Assembly (NCBI GenBank): GCA_045589535.1
Contig: JAZNPE010000048.1
Coordinates: forward strand, 17,237-81,236
Length of the DNA stretch: 64,000 bases
Direction of reading: 5' to 3'
Source of the DNA: Acutalibacteraceae bacterium
Lineage (GTDB): Bacteria; Bacillota; Clostridia; Oscillospirales; Acutalibacteraceae
The position numbers and the translations under genes are program-made. Under the pieces are notes generated by a model. It searched no databases and had not been told where the DNA came from. It saw only the letters and a list, made by a program, of their open reading frames with translations. This document shows, one piece after another, positions 59,324 to 64,000 of the stretch; position 1 is the stretch's first letter; every line of letters starts with the position of its first letter.

Positions 59324-59525
59324 TATTTTAATATTCCGAATTTATATATTGATTCCCTAAAAAATGCACAGAATGAACAAACCAAGCCAGAACAAAGCTT
59401 GTGCTTTGTTTTAGGCACCCGAAGGCGTACAAAGTAGTGCATCGAGAAACGAAGTTTGTTTATAGCATAAATACTATTTTTCAAAAACTTTTTCTGCTTT
59501 TTATAATTTCAACAATTGCTTATAC

Positions 59526-59716
59526 AAATTCGGGTTTGTCAGGATGTTTTATTATAACGGTTGCTTGCAACCTACACCTCATCAGTCACTTCGTGACAGC
59601 TTCTCCTCAAGGAGAAGCCTTGGATTTACGCTGTTTCTCAGCCTTCCCCTTGAGGGGAAGGTGCCGAGGAACGAGGCGGATGAGGTGGCAACAAACAAAT
59701 AGACAAACCCGAATTT
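59526..59716. mobile_element. 191-bp MITE-like palindromic element with 15-bp perfect terminal inverted repeats
   Basis: The TIRs are AAATTCGGGTTTGTC (59526-59540) and GACAAACCCGAATTT (59702-59716). Internal arms are CACCTCATC/GATGAGGTG. Sub-palindromes are CTTCTCC-TCAA-GGAGAAG and CCTTCCCC-TTGA-GGGGAAGG. Confidence 0.55.
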
Positions 59717-59784
59717 TACGAACAGATTTCAAATCAACATCGTACTTCATATCATCTACCCGCGGGTTTGGCACAAAAAATGGC

Positions 59785-59810
59785 GGGAGCATATTATGCT
59801 CCCCTACGAA
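59785..59810. repeat. REP-like unit (hairpin plus CCCCTACGA)
   Basis: GGGAGCATA-T-TATGCTCCC followed by CTACGAA. Same architecture as units B and D at 41.2 kb. Confidence 0.5.
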
Positions 59811-59871
59811 CCCAATTCTAACGAGATCGTAGAGACAGGCACCCTCCTTTTTGATATCCGATGTTAAATTA

Positions 59872-60078
59872 TCACCATTGCATTACAAGCTCAATATCTT
59901 TATTGTTTAGAAATTTCGGAGACTTGACTACAATATTGTAATCACCGAGGTTGTAAGAAGGAACGATGTCACACTCACAGCCATCAACAACAACCTTATT
60001 GCAAGGTGAATCAGTAGTTTCATCAATCTTTAACAGTGAATACTCGCCAATTTTTAATTCGCTGATTATCTTAGCCAT
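59872..60078 (-). CDS. small hypothetical protein (68 aa)
   Basis: ORF with AAAGGG upstream of the second ATG (MAKIISEL...). No family recognised. Confidence 0.4.
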   Translation of the reverse strand: MAKIISELKIGEYSLLKIDETTDSPCNKVVVDGCECDIVPSYNLGDYNIVVKSPKFLNNKDIELVMQW

Positions 60079-60199
60079 TACCATTGCCCTTTCTATATTC
60101 TTTCAATAAATTTTCATAATGTTCAAGAACTTTTTCTGTTTCCACTCGTGGTATTCTGTACTTTGGAGCTTTCTCAATCAAGAAAAGTACAACATAATA

Positions 60200-60232
60200 T
60201 CGACACGTCGCAAGCGTCGTGCCCTACCAACC
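60200..60232. repeat. REP-like unit (hairpin plus CCCTAC)
   Basis: Plus strand CGACACGTCGCAAGCGTCGTGCCCTACCA. On the minus strand this reads GTAGGGCACGACGC-TT-GCGACGTG. Confidence 0.45.
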
Positions 60233-60278
60233 ACGATTCAGGCAGCTGTGCAAATGACAGATACACCGTCCCAACACG

Positions 60279-60455
60279 CTACATCTGTTTTTCAAAGGAT
60301 GGAACATAATCTTTAGCGTTTCCACCATTATTCATATATTCGCAAAAAAGAATTTGCTCTTTTTCAAACTGTTTACAAGTCATTCCATCTCTAAAGAACG
60401 GATATTCCGTTATTAACTCAGGACACTCGTTTCTATATAATCTATCATTACTCAT
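60279..60455 (-). CDS. small protein (58 aa) sharing a domain with the upstream 107-aa protein
   Basis: ATG at 60455 behind GGAG (the track start at 60491 is a GTG). The motif YPFFRDGMTCKQFEKEQ is paralogous to VPFWRDDMTPEEYEVER. Confidence 0.5.
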   Translation of the reverse strand: MSNDRLYRNECPELITEYPFFRDGMTCKQFEKEQILFCEYMNNGGNAKDYVPSFEKQM

Positions 60456-60503
60456 ATTGAATCTCCGACTCTTTACAAAAACTTCTAACACTACTTAATC
60501 AAG

Positions 60504-60827
60504 CTATATATCTGTCGCAACAAACTCATATGGAGAAAAAAGATCGTACTCTTCTGTATCATCTACTATCCTATACCACCCATTTTCAATCGAAACAACA
60601 TTGTATATTTTTCCATTCGTCAAGGATACATCAGATTGACCTATATACTTAACCTTCATCAAAATCGCTTCACTTTGATTCTGCTTCCAAAGTGGTGTGT
60701 ACTTACCTTTGGTATAATCATCCCAATGTTCAATAAAATATGTTCTTTCGACCTCATATTCTTCAGGGGTCATATCATCTCTCCAGAAAGGCACTTCCCT
60801 TAGAGTTTCTGTTGCCCAATCATTCAT
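60504..60827 (-). CDS. small protein (107 aa), N-terminal PFWRDDMT domain plus SH3-like C-terminus
   Basis: RBS GGTGAT. The C-terminal GKIYNVVSIENGWYRIVDDTEEYDLFSPYEF resembles small SH3-like domains common in immunity or accessory proteins. Confidence 0.5.
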   Translation of the reverse strand: MNDWATETLREVPFWRDDMTPEEYEVERTYFIEHWDDYTKGKYTPLWKQNQSEAILMKVKYIGQSDVSLTNGKIYNVVSIENGWYRIVDDTEEYDLFSPYEFVATDI

Positions 60828-60983
60828 TTAAATCACCACAACAATAACAATTAAGTCTCTTTTTTCAGATTCTAAACTATAATTCGTATTTTGTCAATTT
60901 GACTTACGGCATCGATTTATTGATTGATTTTATCGTCACAGGTGGTATAATTATAATAGAATTAGTTTTTAAAGGATACAGCT

Positions 60984-61991
60984 ATGAACAAGATACTTTT
61001 AATCCTCACGGGCGGAACAATCTGCTCTTTTGAAAACGCTGACGGCAAGAGAGATGTCTGTGCTGAAAGTGCAAAATACAAGATTATATCTGAATTCATT
61101 AAAAGCGACTCCCCTTTTAATGGTGTTGAGTTTGATACCGTTATGCCGCTTGACACACTGAGTGAAAATATGACTGTTAACAAGTGGGACATTCTGCTTG
61201 ATGAATTGAGAAAAGTTGAAAGCGAAAAGCACAAGGGAATCATCATTCTTCACGGGACGGACACATTGGCTTACTCTGCTTCTCTTTTATCACTTGTTAT
61301 GAGTGAAAAGAATCTGCCTGTCTGCCTTGTTTCGAGCCACTCACCTGTTGACTGTGAAGGCACGAATGCAAACATCAATTTCAGAACATCAGTTGAGCTG
61401 ATTATGAACGGGCTGAAACCGAATGTTTACGCGGTTTATCAGAATTCTGACGGCAGGACTTATCTTCATTACGGTGCACATCTGCTCCAATGCGGAAATT
61501 ACAGTAACGACTTTTTCAGCAAGGATATGATTGCCGTTGACGATATTGAAGCTGTCTGTGCAGAAAGTAAGGCTTTTGAGGTAAACAACAATTTATTAAA
61601 TGAAATTAAAGCACTTGATGCGAAAGTTCTTCTGATAAACCCTTTTGTTGGTTTGGATTATAACAGCATTAATCTTGAAAATGTTTCTGCTGTTGTGCAT
61701 ACGACCTATCATTCTCAGACTGTCTGTGTTGACGGTGACACCAATTCATTCGCAGAATTTGCAAAAAGGTGCAAAAAAGAAGGTGTAAGCCTTATACTTA
61801 CACCTTGTGATAAAAATTCATATTCTTATGTTTCAACTGCATCAGCACTTGAAAACGGAGTTATTCCCGTAAGCGATATGTCAAACGAAATGGTTTATGC
61901 AAAAGCTGTTATTGGTTGCTCGTTGGGTTTAAGATCGGATGAACTTACAGAGTTTTTAAATAAAAACATCAATCACGAAAGTGTCTATTGA
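60984..61991 (+). CDS. L-asparaginase, type I family
   Basis: 335 aa. N-terminal ILLILTGGTICS (TGGTI motif) and HGTDTLAYSA. Confidence 0.75.
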   Translation: MNKILLILTGGTICSFENADGKRDVCAESAKYKIISEFIKSDSPFNGVEFDTVMPLDTLSENMTVNKWDILLDELRKVESEKHKGIIILHGTDTLAYSASLLSLVMSEKNLPVCLVSSHSPVDCEGTNANINFRTSVELIMNGLKPNVYAVYQNSDGRTYLHYGAHLLQCGNYSNDFFSKDMIAVDDIEAVCAESKAFEVNNNLLNEIKALDAKVLLINPFVGLDYNSINLENVSAVVHTTYHSQTVCVDGDTNSFAEFAKRCKKEGVSLILTPCDKNSYSYVSTASALENGVIPVSDMSNEMVYAKAVIGCSLGLRSDELTEFLNKNINHESVY

Positions 61992-63081
61992 TGAAATCAA
62001 ACATACCGTGCCAGTCATCACGGGCAAAATAGTGTTTACCGTGGCGGAAGTATAATCCTATGCTTCCGTCATGTAACATTTTACCGCAGTTGAGGTAATC
62101 GTCCTCTTCGTAAACAAAGCCTTTTTTGCCGTAAAGCTCGTAGACTTCGGATGCCGCCGCACAGCAAAGGAACTGCAGCTCGGGTCCTGCCCACTTGTCC
62201 TCTTCCGCAGAACCGATATGAACGGGTCTTGGTGCAATCAAGGCGTGCATAAAGTGCTGTTCAAACTCGGTTTCATTATCCTTGCCGTAATAATTCTTAT
62301 AGTTTTCACAGAACCAGAATTCAAAGCAATCGATAATATTACCTATTGTTTCCGTTCCCGGCTGTGCACCTCTGTTAAGGGAGTCACCGCTGCAGCCTGC
62401 GCAGTTAGAATGAACGCAGGAAAAACGTTCATCGGAGATGCCTGCAAGAAGCGCAGTTTTGCCGAGCCTTGAGTGACCGCAGACAGTTACGCAGTCGAGG
62501 TCAACTTCTTCACGTGTTTCAAGGAAGTCCATAACACGCATAGCCGCCCATGCCCACATTGCGATTTTTCCGGGTGAATAGAGTGTTCTTTCCTGATTTT
62601 TATAAATCACGCCTGCAAGTCCGTTTGTAAAGTCACCGTCATCACTCGTTACGTCCTTATAGCAGAACGATGCAACCGCAAAACCGTTATCAACAATTTC
62701 TTCTGTCGGGATATACTTGTCGGGAATATCGGGACGGAAATTGATACAGACAAAGGTTCTGATTTTACCCTGAGCCTTGGTGGGACAAACATATGTAATC
62801 GGAAAAGTAAATTCCTCTCCGTATACCTTTGACGTTATTTCAACCTGAGCTATGGAAGCCTTACCCGCGCAGAAGCGACTATCAGGCTCACTCACATACT
62901 TAAATGATACACTTTCAGGCTTTTCGGGAAGATAGCCATACTCGCATTTATACATCATTTCCCTGACGAGGGATTTTAGCTTTTCCCACTCTTCGACCGT
63001 TTTTGCTCTTTTCCCCGTAACCTCAAGCGGTGACGGAACATTCAATGCCTGTAAACGTTCTTTAACTGTCATAACTATCAC
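61969..63081 (-). CDS. carbohydrate esterase family 15-like (glucuronoyl esterase) alpha/beta hydrolase
   Basis: 370 aa. GHSRLGKTAL resembles the CE15 G-C-S-R-x-G nucleophile motif. Confidence 0.55.
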   Translation of the reverse strand: MIVMTVKERLQALNVPSPLEVTGKRAKTVEEWEKLKSLVREMMYKCEYGYLPEKPESVSFKYVSEPDSRFCAGKASIAQVEITSKVYGEEFTFPITYVCPTKAQGKIRTFVCINFRPDIPDKYIPTEEIVDNGFAVASFCYKDVTSDDGDFTNGLAGVIYKNQERTLYSPGKIAMWAWAAMRVMDFLETREEVDLDCVTVCGHSRLGKTALLAGISDERFSCVHSNCAGCSGDSLNRGAQPGTETIGNIIDCFEFWFCENYKNYYGKDNETEFEQHFMHALIAPRPVHIGSAEEDKWAGPELQFLCCAAASEVYELYGKKGFVYEEDDYLNCGKMLHDGSIGLYFRHGKHYFARDDWHGMFDFINRHFRD

Positions 63082-63728
63082 CTTTCTGAAGAAAGTCTGA
63101 ACACATCCCCTGCTTTACCGATAACCATAATATGATCATCCGTTCCGAACACATAATCCGGTCCGGGCATTGTGTTCAGCAAACTGCCTTTTTTGATTGC
63201 GATTATATTCACCTTGTAGTGCTGTCTGACGCCAAGGTTCGCAATTGTTTTTCCTGTCCATGCCGCGGGAGCCGGTATTTCATAAATTGCATACTCGGGA
63301 GTAAGCTTTATAAAATCAAAAATGTTGTCCGCATTGTACCTGACAGCAAGCTTTTCAGCAATTTCACGTTCAGGATATACGACTTCATCTGCACCGATTT
63401 GTTTTAACAAATCTGCTTGTATATCACGCTTAGCCGTTGCTACTATTTTCTGTGCATGATGAGTTTTCAATAACGATGTTACAACAAGTGAAGCTTCAAA
63501 ATCAGAATCAATTGTAACAAAGCAGATATCAAAATTCTCTACTCCGAGAGCCATAATAACATTTTCATTTGTGCAGTCACCGATATTGGCATCACCGTGT
63601 ATCGGTGAAAGACTTTCAATTATTTCCGGCTCTTTGTCAATAACCATAACCTCATTGCCAAGCTCCAGCATTTTTGTTGACAAGTGTCTTCCGAGCCTTC
63701 CCATACCTATTACAAGAATTGATTTCAT
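63078..63728 (-). CDS. trkA: Trk/Ktr potassium uptake NAD-binding subunit
   Basis: 216 aa. Contains ILVIGMGRLGRHL (Rossmann) and a C-terminal RCK_C-like region. Confidence 0.8.
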   Translation of the reverse strand: MKSILVIGMGRLGRHLSTKMLELGNEVMVIDKEPEIIESLSPIHGDANIGDCTNENVIMALGVENFDICFVTIDSDFEASLVVTSLLKTHHAQKIVATAKRDIQADLLKQIGADEVVYPEREIAEKLAVRYNADNIFDFIKLTPEYAIYEIPAPAAWTGKTIANLGVRQHYKVNIIAIKKGSLLNTMPGPDYVFGTDDHIMVIGKAGDVFRLSSER

Positions 63729-63739
63729 ACTAATCCGTC

Positions 63740-64000
63740 CTAACCTATCATAATTTTGCCCGTCGGGCGTTTGAGGATAGCCGTTTTGTTCCGTTTTGAA
63801 AGAAGCATTATAAAAGACAGTGCGCCTATTCGTCCTGCATACATCAAAACAATAACGATCACCTTTGAAGCCGCCGAAAGAGTTGCCGTAACATTCATCG
63901 AAAGACCGACTGTTGCAACCGCTGACACTACTTCAAAAAGCACTTCGCGGAGATTCAACGGTTCAATCCAGCTTATTACCAAAGATGCTGCAAAAATCAT
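63740..64000 (-). CDS. TrkH/KtrB-family potassium transporter membrane subunit (C-terminal fragment, gene continues past 64000)
   Basis: The open frame reaches the window edge. Contains EVVSAVATVGLS and YAGRIG motifs. Upstream of trkA. Confidence 0.7.
   Translation of the reverse strand: MIFAASLVISWIEPLNLREVLFEVVSAVATVGLSMNVTATLSAASKVIVIVLMYAGRIGALSFIMLLSKRNKTAILKRPTGKIMIG

Noticed and set aside
59401-59832. 143-aa plus-strand ORF and the antisense 61-aa ORF (59607-59792)
   Set aside because: Both run straight through the 191-bp palindromic element and the REP-like unit. Strings such as SPQGEA and PLRGRCRG are translations of palindromes. Neither has an RBS.
60119-60316. 65-aa plus-strand ORF in the gap between the small minus-strand genes
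   Set aside because: It has no RBS, it covers a REP-like unit, and it overlaps the 3' end of the 58-aa gene on the opposite strand.

Overview
This 64 kb window comes from a low-GC, spore-forming Firmicute. The spoVA genes, three T-box riboswitches, Rex, and the CE15 and GH43 plant-fibre enzymes suggest a Ruminococcus-like rumen or gut Clostridium, but that is inference only. Nearly all genes from 1 to 40.7 kb lie on the minus strand. Contents in order: (1) A roughly 27.7 kb capsule/EPS locus (1-27751). It has two initiating sugar-phosphate transferases, a CpsB phosphatase, two tandem fused Wzz/tyrosine-kinase genes, an ABC exporter, fnlABC-type UDP-L-FucNAc genes, Wzx, Wzy, a pyruvyl transferase, TagD plus LicD, an aminotransferase, and a sugar kinase/nucleotidyltransferase pair. 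(2) The most unusual feature sits inside that locus. It is a tightly coupled six-gene module with its own promoter: PqqD-like protein, radical SAM/SPASM enzyme, a 94-aa protein, an HPr-kinase-like P-loop protein, an S24/S26 peptidase and a PF14907-like nucleotidyltransferase. It looks like a peptide-modification (RiPP-like) system that mixes sactipeptide/ranthipeptide-type and Firmicute lasso-accessory parts, with no lasso cyclase. (3) spoVAC-spoVAD. (4) A stand-alone trpB behind a Trp (UGG) T-box. (5) The rimP-nusA-ylxR-ylxQ-infB-rbfA-nrnA operon. (6) An aconitase-isocitrate dehydrogenase-rex operon. (7) A long operon carrying two internal T-boxes, with manually read specifiers CUC (Leu) and AUC (Ile). 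These control a LeuA-like protein with substituted metal ligands, two fusion acyl-CoA synthetases and a four-subunit 2-oxoacid:ferredoxin oxidoreductase. I interpret this as tRNA-sensed reductive carboxylation of branched-chain fatty acids to branched-chain amino acids. (8) rhaD, GH43, asparaginase, CE15 and trkA/trkH. Non-coding structure includes GTAG-headed GC-rich hairpins (REP/REPIN-like) at three loci and a 191 bp MITE-like palindromic element. No rRNA, tRNA or CRISPR array was seen. All family calls rest on motifs read by eye, since no searches could be run.
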